Assembly: GCA_018656065.1 (NCBI GenBank)
Contig: JABHZY010000023.1
Span: forward strand, 1-41,641
Direction: 5' to 3'
Length of the DNA: 41,641 nt
Origin: Candidatus Komeilibacteria bacterium
GTDB taxonomy: Bacteria; Patescibacteriota; Patescibacteriia; UBA1558; GWA2-36-10
The position numbers were made by a program, and so were the translations under genes. This document shows positions 8,417-19,845 of this stretch, in pieces (within the stretch, counting starts at the first letter, position 1; every line of letters starts with the position of its first letter). The notes under the pieces are model-generated. The model did no database searches. It was not told where the DNA came from and saw nothing but the letters and a program-made list of their open reading frames with translations.

Positions 8417-8818
8417 ATGTCTGAAGATAAAAAGACAACTGAAAAAGAGGTTAAAAAACCTACTGAAAATAAAGAAGTAAAAGCTAAAAAAGCTGAAAAT
8501 ACTAAAACTCCAGACATAAAACCTGGTATGACTGTTCGTGTACACGAAACTATCAGAGAAAAAAATGCCAAAGGTGAAGAAAAAGAAAGAGTTCAGGTTT
8601 TTGAAGGTATTGTATTAGCTAAAAAACATAAGAAAGAAATTGGCGCCACTATTACTGTAAGAAAAGTATCTGGTGGAATTGGTGTAGAAAAAATATTTCC
8701 AATCAATTCACCACTTATTGGCAAAATAGAGGCTGTAAAACAAGCCAAAGTAAGTAGAGCCAAGCTTGGTTATCTAAGAGACTATAAGAAAAAACTCAAA
8801 GAAACTAAGATTGCATAA
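8417..8818 (+). CDS. rplS: 50S ribosomal protein L19 with charged N-terminal extension
   Basis: GMTVRVH, ERVQVFEGIV, TVRKVSGGIGVEKIFP..SP, RAKLGYLR. Confidence 0.95.
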   Translation: MSEDKKTTEKEVKKPTENKEVKAKKAENTKTPDIKPGMTVRVHETIREKNAKGEEKERVQVFEGIVLAKKHKKEIGATITVRKVSGGIGVEKIFPINSPLIGKIEAVKQAKVSRAKLGYLRDYKKKLKETKIA

Positions 8819-8908
8819 GCGGGCGTGGTGGAATTGGTAGACACGCAAGGTTGAGGGCCTTGTCCTGATTTTTTTGGGGTGGAGGTTCAAATCCTCTCGC
8901 CCGCACCA
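8819..8908 (+). tRNA. tRNA-Leu(GAG)
   Basis: GCGGGCG...CAAGG-TT-GAG-GG-CCTTG, long variable arm, CGCCCGCACCA. Confidence 0.93.
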
Positions 8909-8983
8909 AACTTCGACAAGCTCAGCTTGGAGAAGATTGTCTTGAGCGAAATCCTGAGTTTATCAAAGGATGAGTCGAAAGAC
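8906..8983. repeat. tRNA-anchored REP followed by an inverted, nested REP
   Basis: CCAA-ACTTCGACAAGCTCAG-CTTGG (8906-8930); GTCTTGAGCGAA[ATCCTGAGTTTATCAAAGGAT]GAGTCGAAAGAC (8939-8983). Confidence 0.75.
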
Positions 8984-9006
8984 ATTCGTTCATAATTATA
9001 TTTCAT

Positions 9007-9083
9007 GGGCCCGTAGCTCAGCTGGCTAGAGCACCTCATTTGCACTGAGGAGGTCGCAGGTTCGATCCCTGTCGGGTCCACCA
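9007..9083 (+). tRNA. tRNA-Ala(TGC)
   Basis: CCTCA-TT-TGC-AC-TGAGG anticodon arm; G3:U70; encoded CCA. Confidence 0.95.
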
Positions 9084-9130
9084 TTCGATTCCGTTCTACT
9101 TCGTAGAACTTCACTCATGGTCTTCGACCA
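9084..9130 (+). repeat. 47-bp tRNA-anchored REP-like element
   Basis: Identical to 9229-9275; internal hairpin GTTCTAC-TTC-GTAGAAC and terminal TGGTC-TTC-GACCA. Confidence 0.9.
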
Positions 9131-9151
9131 AAAAATACAATTTAATTTTTC

Positions 9152-9228
9152 GGGCGCTTAGCTCAGCTGGCTAGAGCATCTCGTTTACACCGAGAGGGTC
9201 GGGGGTTCGAGTCCCTCAGCGCCCACCA
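9152..9228 (+). tRNA. tRNA-Val(TAC)
   Basis: TCTCG-TT-TAC-AC-CGAGA anticodon arm; encoded CCA. Confidence 0.95.
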
Positions 9229-9328
9229 TTCGATTCCGTTCTACTTCGTAGAACTTCACTCATGGTCTTCGACCACACAAAATATAAATCAAAGTATAGC
9301 ATCGAATGTCCTGAGCTTGTCGAAGGAC
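9229..9328 (+). repeat. 47-bp element, 27-bp spacer and inverted REP (doublet)
   Basis: 9229-9275 equals 9084-9130; CGAATGTCCTGAGCTTGTCGAAGGAC at 9303-9328. Confidence 0.85.
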
Positions 9329-9387
9329 TTAAAATCTAAAATTATAATCTTGTCCACAAGGTTATTTTTTGTTAAGCTAAGGTTATT

Positions 9388-10677
9388 ATGAAAAAAACAA
9401 TTTTAATTATTCTCATATCACTAGCTATCATCTTTAGCTTAGCTTTTTATATGTCTTCTCAAGATGACGAAACTAAAATAATAAACGAAATTCCTAAAGA
9501 AGATGCTCAATACGATATAGTAATAGTTGGTGCTGGTTTATCAGGTCTATCCTCTGCTTATAATCTAAATGATTATAATGTTTTAATCTTAGAAAAAGAA
9601 AATCGTGCCGGTGGTAGAGTATTAACTAAAACTCAAGAAGATATAAATTATGATATGGGGGCTATCTTTGCCTATCCAGATTATATAGTACCTTTTGCTA
9701 TAGAATCCTCTGAATTAATAAAAGAGTCTGGTCCACTAGGCTTATATTATAATGATAAATTATATTTTTGTGATAGTGTAATAAATTGTATTTCTCAAAC
9801 TAATGCCATGCCTAATAATGACTATTCACTTAAATCTATATTATCTTCAAATGAATCACGAGATATTTTAAATGCTTTTTTCCAAACCATCCATCCTGGA
9901 GAAATTGAAGATTATATTACAGAACGACAAGAAGATGCTTTAGTAAAATATGAAAATACGCGCTATCTAAAAGGTAATACTGAATTAGTAGAGGCTTATC
10001 AAAATAATATAAATGCTGAACTACAATTTAATTCTACCGTCACCTCTGTAGAAGATCTAGGTGATAAAGTAAAAATAACTTACACTCAAAATGATGTCGA
10101 GCGGGTTATTTTTACTAAAAGCGCTATTGTCACTACACCATCTTATATTGCTAAAAAAATTATAAATAATATAAGCCAAGCTAGCCAAGAGTTTTTAGAT
10201 AATATCAAATATGCTGAGATGACTGTAGTAGCTATTGGTTTAAAAAATAATAATTTAGAAAATTTTTCTTACCTCATCACTCCTCAAATGACAACTAGCG
10301 CTATAGTAAATAATTATAATGATGAAAAAAATATAAATATATTATTAGCTTATATTGCTGATAAAAATTCTAAAGATTTAACTAATAAAACTGATCTTGA
10401 AATAACAAACGAAGTAATAGAAATATTACAAACTACCCTAAATATAAGAGAAAACGATGTTTTATTTACTGATTTAGTCACTTGGCCACAAACCAGCGCT
10501 GTAATATCTGAACAAATGCTAAAAGATATTCCAGGCAACTACAATCAAGCCTCTACTAGAATATTTTTAGCCGGAGATTATACAGATTTAAGTTCAAACT
10601 TTCCTTATGGTATGAGCTCAGCTATAAAGTCTGGTGAAAACGTCAGTAAAAAAATAATCGAGTTTCTAAAAAAATAA
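9388..10677 (+). CDS. Membrane-anchored FAD-dependent oxidoreductase (amine oxidase/HemY-like)
   Basis: N-terminal TM; VGAGLSGL, LEKENRAGGRV, DMGA, FLAGDY...GMSSAIKSG. Confidence 0.85.
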   Translation: MKKTILIILISLAIIFSLAFYMSSQDDETKIINEIPKEDAQYDIVIVGAGLSGLSSAYNLNDYNVLILEKENRAGGRVLTKTQEDINYDMGAIFAYPDYIVPFAIESSELIKESGPLGLYYNDKLYFCDSVINCISQTNAMPNNDYSLKSILSSNESRDILNAFFQTIHPGEIEDYITERQEDALVKYENTRYLKGNTELVEAYQNNINAELQFNSTVTSVEDLGDKVKITYTQNDVERVIFTKSAIVTTPSYIAKKIINNISQASQEFLDNIKYAEMTVVAIGLKNNNLENFSYLITPQMTTSAIVNNYNDEKNINILLAYIADKNSKDLTNKTDLEITNEVIEILQTTLNIRENDVLFTDLVTWPQTSAVISEQMLKDIPGNYNQASTRIFLAGDYTDLSSNFPYGMSSAIKSGENVSKKIIEFLKK

Positions 10678-10856
10678 TTTAAATTAAAAATATACTAATC
10701 ATCTAATAAAAAATTACTATTAGATGATTTTTTATTTAAAAATTTTCTAAAAATACCCGCATCGTTGCAAGACGTGAAAAATTTTGACAAAAACTATTCT
10801 ATTGTTTTTAAAATTATGGTATAATAAAAGTTGTTATAAAACTTAATTTGTTGCTT

Positions 10857-11117
10857 ATGAGTATTGGAAATTTTATTGTCGGACTTTTAATCGCCGGCAT
10901 CGGTTATTTATTAGTTTGGAAATCAAATTGGCTATTGAATAACTTTGGTCGAATTGGTTGGGCGGAAGCTCACCTAGGCACAGAAGGTGGCAGTAGACTA
11001 ATGTACAAACTAATTGGATCTATAATAATTATAGCAGGCTTTTTACATGCAACTAATTTAGGAGGAATCTTTATTAGATGGATTGCTAGTAGTATTTTTG
11101 GAGCAGATATAGCCTAA
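10857..11117 (+). CDS. Small 2-TM hypothetical membrane protein
   Basis: Two hydrophobic helices around FGRIGWAEAHLGTEGGSRL; TGGTATAAT extended -10 upstream. Confidence 0.75.
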   Translation: MSIGNFIVGLLIAGIGYLLVWKSNWLLNNFGRIGWAEAHLGTEGGSRLMYKLIGSIIIIAGFLHATNLGGIFIRWIASSIFGADIA

Positions 11118-11178
11118 AACAAAAATAAAAGTCAAATATTTAGCATAAAATCCAAAAAAGAAAGGAGGTGAAAGTACA

Positions 11179-11490
11179 GTGAAAAAGAAAAAGAAAGTAA
11201 CTAAAAAGAAGGTAGTGAAGAAAAAAGTAACTAAGAGAAAAGTTGCTAAAAAAAAGGTTGCTAAAAAGAAAGTAACTAAGAGAAAAGTTGCTAAAAAGAA
11301 AGTAGCCAAGAAAAAAACTACTAAAAAGAAGGTAGTGAAGAAAAGAAAACCTGCCAAAAAGAAAAAAGTAGTTAAAAAGAAAAAGGTTGCTAAAAAGAAA
11401 GTAGCCAAGAAAAAAACTACTAAAAAGAAGGTAGTGAAGAAAAGAAAACCTGCCAAAAAGAAAAAAGTAGTTCGTAGGAAGAAAAAATAA
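11179..11490 (+). CDS. Histone H1-like (Hc2-like) lysine-rich repeat protein
   Basis: AAGGAGGTG SD plus GTG start; KKKV(A/T/V) pentapeptide repeats; terminator follows. Confidence 0.8.
   Translation: MKKKKKVTKKKVVKKKVTKRKVAKKKVAKKKVTKRKVAKKKVAKKKTTKKKVVKKRKPAKKKKVVKKKKVAKKKVAKKKTTKKKVVKKRKPAKKKKVVRRKKK
11287..11472 (+). repeat. 87-bp exact direct repeat (period 99 bp) within the H1-like gene
   Basis: 11287-11373 equals 11386-11472. Confidence 0.85.
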
Positions 11491-11504
11491 AAATTTCTCA
11501 AACT

Positions 11505-11542
11505 AAAAACCCATTTACATCCAGTGGAGTAAGCGGGTTTTT
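11505..11542. terminator. Bidirectional terminator between convergent genes
   Basis: AAAAACCC...GGGTTTTT inverted repeat. Confidence 0.65.
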
Positions 11543-11550
11543 ATTTTATC

Positions 11551-12816
11551 TTAAAATAATTTTGTTTGTTTGTTTAGTTTAGCCTCTTGTCTCTCTTTAT
11601 CAGAAAATATTTCTACCTTACCATATTCTCCATCAAAGCCAGGAATTAACTTTATTTTATTCTGACGCATTTTTATTATGCCTTCTGCTAAAATATCTGG
11701 CATTATTTTCTTAAGCTCCAGTTCTGATAAATCTAGTAAAACATTAAATTCATTATCGGCTTGTTTAATAATATCTAAAAATAAATTTTGTACTCGTTTA
11801 CTTTGTTTTCTCATGCCAAAATAATCAGCAATGATATTTGGTAATGGGACTATGCTTTTATATGGAATGTGTTTAGTTTTATCTAGGTCTTTTTCGCTTA
11901 TATTAGCCAATTTATCTACCTGAGTTAAAACGCCAATAGTCAGTGGTTTTTTACATTTTGGACAAAGATTTTTTAATTTTTGACTTTCTTTAGGAGTACA
12001 AGAAAATTTACAATCACGATGCCCATCTACATGATACATACCCTCCTCTGGATAAAATTCTATAGTATACAAAAATCTTTTTTTATCTTTAGTAGCTATA
12101 ATATCTATAATTTCATTATAAGTTCGTTCTCTTAATTCCATAACATTAGCCTCCCGACCAATCTGAGGACCACTATGAGCATCTGAATTAGAGACCAAAG
12201 TAATATCATCAAGTTTAGACAAGCGCCAATTCATAATTGGATCAGATGATAAACCGGTTTCAATAGCTTTAATATGCGGTGTTAATTCTTCAAAACATTC
12301 TTCTAATGAATCAAAGCCAGATTTAGAGCCAAAGACAGCGAACCAAGGTGTCCAAGCATGAGCTGGAATCATCATAGCTCGTTTATCAGCTTCTAACATA
12401 AATTTTAAAACCTGCTTAGCACTCATGCCAAGTATTGGCCGACCATCACTAGCTAATTTTGCGCCCGCATCTTCCAAAAGTTTATTAAATTTACCAGCCG
12501 CCTCTAAATTTGGCATTAAAATACAAAGATGTACTCGTCTAGTCTTATCATTTTGTCTATAAATACAAGAAATCTCAGTAGAAATTATAAATCTAACTTT
12601 AGAATCTAGATTTTTTAATTTATATAATCCAGAATTATTATCTTCTTCTAAATTTTTCTTTAGATTTTCATACCAACGAGGATGAGTAAAATCAGCACAA
12701 GATATAATATCTACACCTTTAATTTCTGCCCACTCTACCATTACATCTAATTCAAAAAACTTAGAAGTAGCTCGAGCATATTTAGAATGGATATGAAAAT
12801 CTATTATTTGCCTCAT
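11551..12816 (-). CDS. Endonuclease Q family protein (PHP domain plus Zn ribbon)
   Basis: DFHIHSKY, DFTHP, SDGRP, PAHAWTPW, ETGLSSD, SNSDAHS, YHVDGHR.C, CPKC, GFDGEYG. Confidence 0.9.
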   Translation of the reverse strand: MRQIIDFHIHSKYARATSKFFELDVMVEWAEIKGVDIISCADFTHPRWYENLKKNLEEDNNSGLYKLKNLDSKVRFIISTEISCIYRQNDKTRRVHLCILMPNLEAAGKFNKLLEDAGAKLASDGRPILGMSAKQVLKFMLEADKRAMMIPAHAWTPWFAVFGSKSGFDSLEECFEELTPHIKAIETGLSSDPIMNWRLSKLDDITLVSNSDAHSGPQIGREANVMELRERTYNEIIDIIATKDKKRFLYTIEFYPEEGMYHVDGHRDCKFSCTPKESQKLKNLCPKCKKPLTIGVLTQVDKLANISEKDLDKTKHIPYKSIVPLPNIIADYFGMRKQSKRVQNLFLDIIKQADNEFNVLLDLSELELKKIMPDILAEGIIKMRQNKIKLIPGFDGEYGKVEIFSDKERQEAKLNKQTKLF

Positions 12817-13311
12817 CTATTTATTGAATAATTTAAAATAATGTGGAAAATTAGGCGTAAAAAAATTAATATCTTGCACTAGTTTTTCTTCTATTTCTTG
12901 TTTAGTAAACCAACGAACTTCAACTACTTCTGCCTGTTGAATAATAAAATCGCTAGCTGAGGCATCAACTACAGCTCCATACCATTGCGTCCAGTGATTA
13001 TAATAATTTAGATTAAGTTCTTTGGGGCCTTTTTTAAAATCAACACCTACCAAACCTATTTCTTCTTCAGCCTCTTTTATTATATTATCATTATAGGTTT
13101 CACCTTTTTCTATTGTTCCGGCTGCGGCTGGTCCCCATTTACCAGGATGATGTGTTCTATTATGAGCTCGCTGAGCTAAAAGTATGGCTCCTTTGGAATT
13201 AGTGAGCCACAAAGCAGACACTCGATAAATATCTTCTGTCTGTAAATCTTTACGACTTTTATAGCCAATTATTTTATCGTCCTTATCAACGATTATTGTT
13301 TGCTCTGACAT
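12817..13311 (-). CDS. NUDIX hydrolase (IDI-like subgroup)
   Basis: LLAQRA...HPGKW and GTIEKGETY....IKEAEEEIG Nudix box. Confidence 0.85.
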   Translation of the reverse strand: MSEQTIIVDKDDKIIGYKSRKDLQTEDIYRVSALWLTNSKGAILLAQRAHNRTHHPGKWGPAAAGTIEKGETYNDNIIKEAEEEIGLVGVDFKKGPKELNLNYYNHWTQWYGAVVDASASDFIIQQAEVVEVRWFTKQEIEEKLVQDINFFTPNFPHYFKLFNK

Positions 13312-13344
13312 AAAATTATTTTAACAAACATTAGTTTTTTAAGC

Positions 13345-13387
13345 AAAAAGAAAGCGCCCTCCCCGGTCGGAACCGAAGAAGGACGCA
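13345..13387 (-). terminator. Terminator after the UbiA-family gene
   Basis: Minus-strand GCGTCCTTC...GAGGGCGC stem then TTTCTTTTT. Confidence 0.6.
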
Positions 13388-13394
13388 CGCTTGT

Positions 13395-14219
13395 TCAGAT
13401 AGCCAATAGGCCAAAGATGATGATCAGCCCAGCGTTGCCCAGGAGAATGTACTTGGATAGAGCCTTGGCATCAATCGCCTTGGCAAACAATAGACCAAGT
13501 GTCACTCGACCAAAGAAGAAAACAGTCACCAGCACGAAAGCCAGTAGGTATTGGTGCACAACCATAACGTCTGCCAAGATCCTAGACAGGAAGTATAAGC
13601 TGACCATCATTGAAGTGCCAGCTAAGACCCTGGCTACTCCTACACCTCTATCTAAAGGAAGTGTCATGCGCAAGCCTCTGTCTACATCTAGATCTTGGAT
13701 GTCCTTGATGATCTCTCTGGTCAAGTAAGCAAAGAACACAGCTGCTGTTCCGCCGGAAACCGCCGGATGAGTGCTCTCACCACTCCACCAACCCAGAAGT
13801 ACTGGGGTAGTACAGACCAAGGCCATCAAGAAATTCTTGGAAGGCCACCACTTGGAAATGGTATTCTTGTATCCGACAACGACCAGGACATTAAAAGCTG
13901 TGATCAAAATACACAACTCATCTAGCCAACCGATGACCATGACTACCGCCAATAGCATGGCGGTCAGACCGACATTGCGCATGACGATCCTAGACAGCTC
14001 ACTGATAGTGTAGCTGTCACTCTTGAGAAGATACATTCGATTGGCCACAGCAAAATAATAGAGGCTAGCTCCCAAAATCTGCAGGCCAATGGCCAGAGGT
14101 GAAAGAATTGTGGCAGTCAAACTACCACCGGACAGAATAACCACTATCCAAGTGGTCACTGCGCCCATTATGACATGCTGTGGACGCGCTATCTGCAAAT
14201 AGTAATGTAAAGATCGCAA
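13395..14219 (-). CDS. UbiA-family prenyltransferase-like membrane protein (DGGGP synthase-like, degenerate)
   Basis: ARP N-terminal motif, KN motif, REIIKDIQDLDVD...G.RMTLP; multi-TM; AGGAGG SD with TTG start. Confidence 0.75.
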   Translation of the reverse strand: MRSLHYYLQIARPQHVIMGAVTTWIVVILSGGSLTATILSPLAIGLQILGASLYYFAVANRMYLLKSDSYTISELSRIVMRNVGLTAMLLAVVMVIGWLDELCILITAFNVLVVVGYKNTISKWWPSKNFLMALVCTTPVLLGWWSGESTHPAVSGGTAAVFFAYLTREIIKDIQDLDVDRGLRMTLPLDRGVGVARVLAGTSMMVSLYFLSRILADVMVVHQYLLAFVLVTVFFFGRVTLGLLFAKAIDAKALSKYILLGNAGLIIIFGLLAI

Positions 14220-14349
14220 CGGCTCCCTCCTAACTAGTTGTTCCTGTTTGTCTTATCTTAACCGTCTAATAATCTTGACATATGAATAGTAATAAATCAA
14301 GACAAAACAAAAAACGATACTTATGTATTAATTAGAGAAAAAGGCTTAA

Positions 14350-14465
14350 TTCTCGCGACGACCTACTCTCACAGCCCTAATGGACTACTACCATCGGCGC
14401 TGAGTCGCTTAACTGCTGAGTTCGAAATGGGATCAGGTGTAACCAACTCGCTAGTGCCACGAGAA
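14350..14465 (-). rRNA. rrf: 5S rRNA
   Basis: Reverse complement has CACCTGATCCCATTTCGAACTCAGCAGTTAAG and GCCGATGGTAGT...GAGAGTAGGTCG; terminal helix; ends approximate. Confidence 0.93.
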
Positions 14466-14672
14466 TAAAACCTTCTTCTTTATCTAACTTTTTACGCAAG
14501 TATCGTTTTTATACTACTTGTTTTAGTGGGGTTAGAAAAAATACAACACCTAGAAAAACAATAAGTATAAGAAAGACTAAAACTATTTTAATCATTCCTG
14601 CATGTTTATCAATGTTCATGAGCTTATAGAAAATATCTATTTAATAAGCCATAAAAACTTCCAAAATTTTTA

Positions 14673-17780
<3,108 letters not shown>

Positions 17781-18038
17781 TCAAAAATTTTAAAAACTTT
17801 TGACGGATTAATTTATTCAGTCCCTTACAAAGAACTGAATGGATATTTTTTTATTTCAAATATACGAGATATTTTATATAAAGATGCTCATAAACATTGT
17901 TGATATTTATGATTTGTGTTGTATTTAATTTTCAAGGTTCACTATTGCTTAACAAGCAATAAGTAGCTTTTTAAAAAAGTCGCGTAAGCCTACTTATTTA
18001 AAAAACTACTTGCTGCCAATTAGTTTTTTGAGATCTTA

Positions 18039-18058
18039 CCCTTCGACTACGCTCAGGA
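18039..18058. repeat. REP-like element in the 23S leader
   Basis: CCCTTCGACTACGCTCAGGA inside a CAATTAGT...ACTAATTG stem. Confidence 0.75.
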
Positions 18059-18217
18059 TAGACTAATTGATATCTTTTTTGAGGTCTTAAAAATCCGCCT
18101 AGAGCGGATATTGCATAAAATAAATTTACCCAAAATCCTTTAAGTGTTATTTATCTTTAGACCAACTATCATTGAAATAATTTTATTTAGTTAATAGTGC
18201 TTTTTTACAGCGCTCGT

Positions 18218-18246
18218 ATTATATACTATTTTTTTATACTTGTCAA
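18218..18246 (-). promoter_or_regulatory. Consensus sigma70 promoter of the 23S-5S unit
   Basis: TTGACA-17nt-TATAAT perfect match. Confidence 0.85.
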
Positions 18247-18285
18247 ACCCCTGAGCTAACAGTTTATCCCCAATATTAAGGGTTA

Positions 18286-18792
18286 TTATAATATTTCCAT
18301 CTTAAGAAATTGTGAACCAAAATTGATAGCATCTACCTTATGCTCCATCCATATATCCATTTGATAATAATATCTTTTATTCATGCGATCTTCTACTACA
18401 AACTCCTTGTCTCCATATACATCTGGGAAACGTACTATACTACCAAATGGCAAAGAATTTGTAGCTACAATACCATCACGAGTACGAGTATTTGAGGCAG
18501 TAATAAAAGGAGTAGAGTCAGTTTGCTCAGGTAAACTATTATAAGCACTAACCATAATATACATAGTTCTATCAGCTGCTCTAGCTGATATTTCAGGTAA
18601 TGTAGGCCCATTATAATAGGCTTTTAGAGTTTCTTTAGGTATAGGACCAGCAAAATCTTGATTAAAATCCTGAGAAATACCAGTCTGCGGAAAGCTAAAA
18701 ACAAGCATAGAAACCAATAAAAACAAAGGCTTTAAGCTCTTTTTAAACTCTTTTTTAAAGCTTTTAATTGAATTGTTAATTTTAATTGTCAT
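18286..18792 (-). CDS. 3D-domain (MltA-like) cell-wall protein
   Basis: N-terminal hydrophobic anchor; SAYNS..QTDSTPFITAS, LPFGS.V, VEDRM, DIWM. Confidence 0.85.
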   Translation of the reverse strand: MTIKINNSIKSFKKEFKKSLKPLFLLVSMLVFSFPQTGISQDFNQDFAGPIPKETLKAYYNGPTLPEISARAADRTMYIMVSAYNSLPEQTDSTPFITASNTRTRDGIVATNSLPFGSIVRFPDVYGDKEFVVEDRMNKRYYYQMDIWMEHKVDAINFGSQFLKMEIL

Positions 18793-18838
18793 AGTTTCAA
18801 CTAAATTAAAAAATCCCTATTTGTTAGGATATGCCTTC

Positions 18839-18867
18839 ATAATAGCATATATTTTTGATTTTGTCAA
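18839..18867 (-). promoter_or_regulatory. sigma70 promoter
   Basis: TTGACA-17nt-TATTAT with TGn extension. Confidence 0.6.
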
Positions 18868-18971
18868 TAGCTGGCTCCCTGAAAGAAATTTTTAGTTGTA
18901 CTCGTATAAAAAAGTTGTTATACTATACAAACTGTTTTTAATTAAAAAATAACTAACTATATAAAAAATAT

Positions 18972-19745
18972 ATGGAAGAAAACAACAGAAGAGAAAAAGA
19001 TGCTATCGATAATTTAAAGCCTAAAGCGGCTTTTAAGGCTGGCCTCTTTACAGGATTAGGCGTCATGTTCGCTATTGGATTCTTTATCCTTTTAGGTATG
19101 ATGTTAAATGACAAAGATTTTTCCTTAGATAAAGGAAATGGTAATACTAATGACAATGATGTCGTAGTTAATAATGGTGATAATAATCCACCTCCTGCGG
19201 GCAATACTGAAATCATTGTAAATGGCCTTAGTGATGGTGATTGGGTACGTGGTGATAAAAATGCAGAAATTACTATTGTAGAATTTTCTGATGTGGACTG
19301 TCCTTTTTGTACCAGATTTCATAATACAACAAAACAAGTATTAGCTGAGTATGAAGGAAGAGTGAATTTTGTATTTAGACATTTCCCATTAACTCAACTT
19401 CATCCAGAAGCTTTCAAAAAAGCCGAAGCAGCTGAATGTGTTGGTGAACAAGGTGGTAATGATAAGTTTTGGTCTTTTATGGATAAGATATTTGAAGGAG
19501 ACGAAACTCTATCTACTATAGCTGATATTGCAGCTTCTGTTGGAGTAGATAAAGCTAAATTCCAAGAATGTCTAGACTCTGGCAAATATACATCTAAAGT
19601 TCAAAGTCAAAGTAAAGAAGCACAAGCAGCTGGCGGACGTGGTACACCATATAGTATAATCATTACTGGTGATCAAAAAATTCCTATTCCTGGTGCTTTA
19701 CCATTTGAAAGTGTAAAAACTTCTCTAGACGCCTTACTAAAATAA
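18972..19745 (+). CDS. DsbA-family thioredoxin-fold oxidoreductase
   Basis: TM anchor; EFSDVDCPFC, RHFPL, GTP cis-Pro loop. Confidence 0.9.
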   Translation: MEENNRREKDAIDNLKPKAAFKAGLFTGLGVMFAIGFFILLGMMLNDKDFSLDKGNGNTNDNDVVVNNGDNNPPPAGNTEIIVNGLSDGDWVRGDKNAEITIVEFSDVDCPFCTRFHNTTKQVLAEYEGRVNFVFRHFPLTQLHPEAFKKAEAAECVGEQGGNDKFWSFMDKIFEGDETLSTIADIAASVGVDKAKFQECLDSGKYTSKVQSQSKEAQAAGGRGTPYSIIITGDQKIPIPGALPFESVKTSLDALLK

Positions 19746-19758
19746 TATTGATTCTATT

Positions 19759-19785
19759 AACCCCGTCCACTAGGGCGGGGTTTTT
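19759..19785 (+). terminator. Intrinsic terminator
   Basis: AACCCCGTCC-acta-GGGCGGGGTTTTT. Confidence 0.75.
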
Positions 19786-19845
19786 GTATTATCAAAAAAT
19801 AATGTATAATAAATTTACATTTAAATAGTAAAAAGATTTATATAT

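Noticed and set aside
8887-9114. ORFs overlapping tRNA clusters (also 40771-40953 and 40895-41107)
   Set aside because: Antisense translations of tRNAs and REP elements.
9084-9275. Identical 47-bp repeats as a CRISPR array
   Set aside because: Only two copies, the intervening sequence is a tRNA gene, and there are no cas genes.
11058-11501. 147-aa Phe-rich minus-strand ORF
   Set aside because: Antisense shadow of the Lys-rich gene, which has the SD and terminator.
12817-14219. IDI plus prenyltransferase isoprenoid operon
   Set aside because: A terminator and a composition shift separate them, and the NUDIX lacks a clear IDI catalytic Cys motif.
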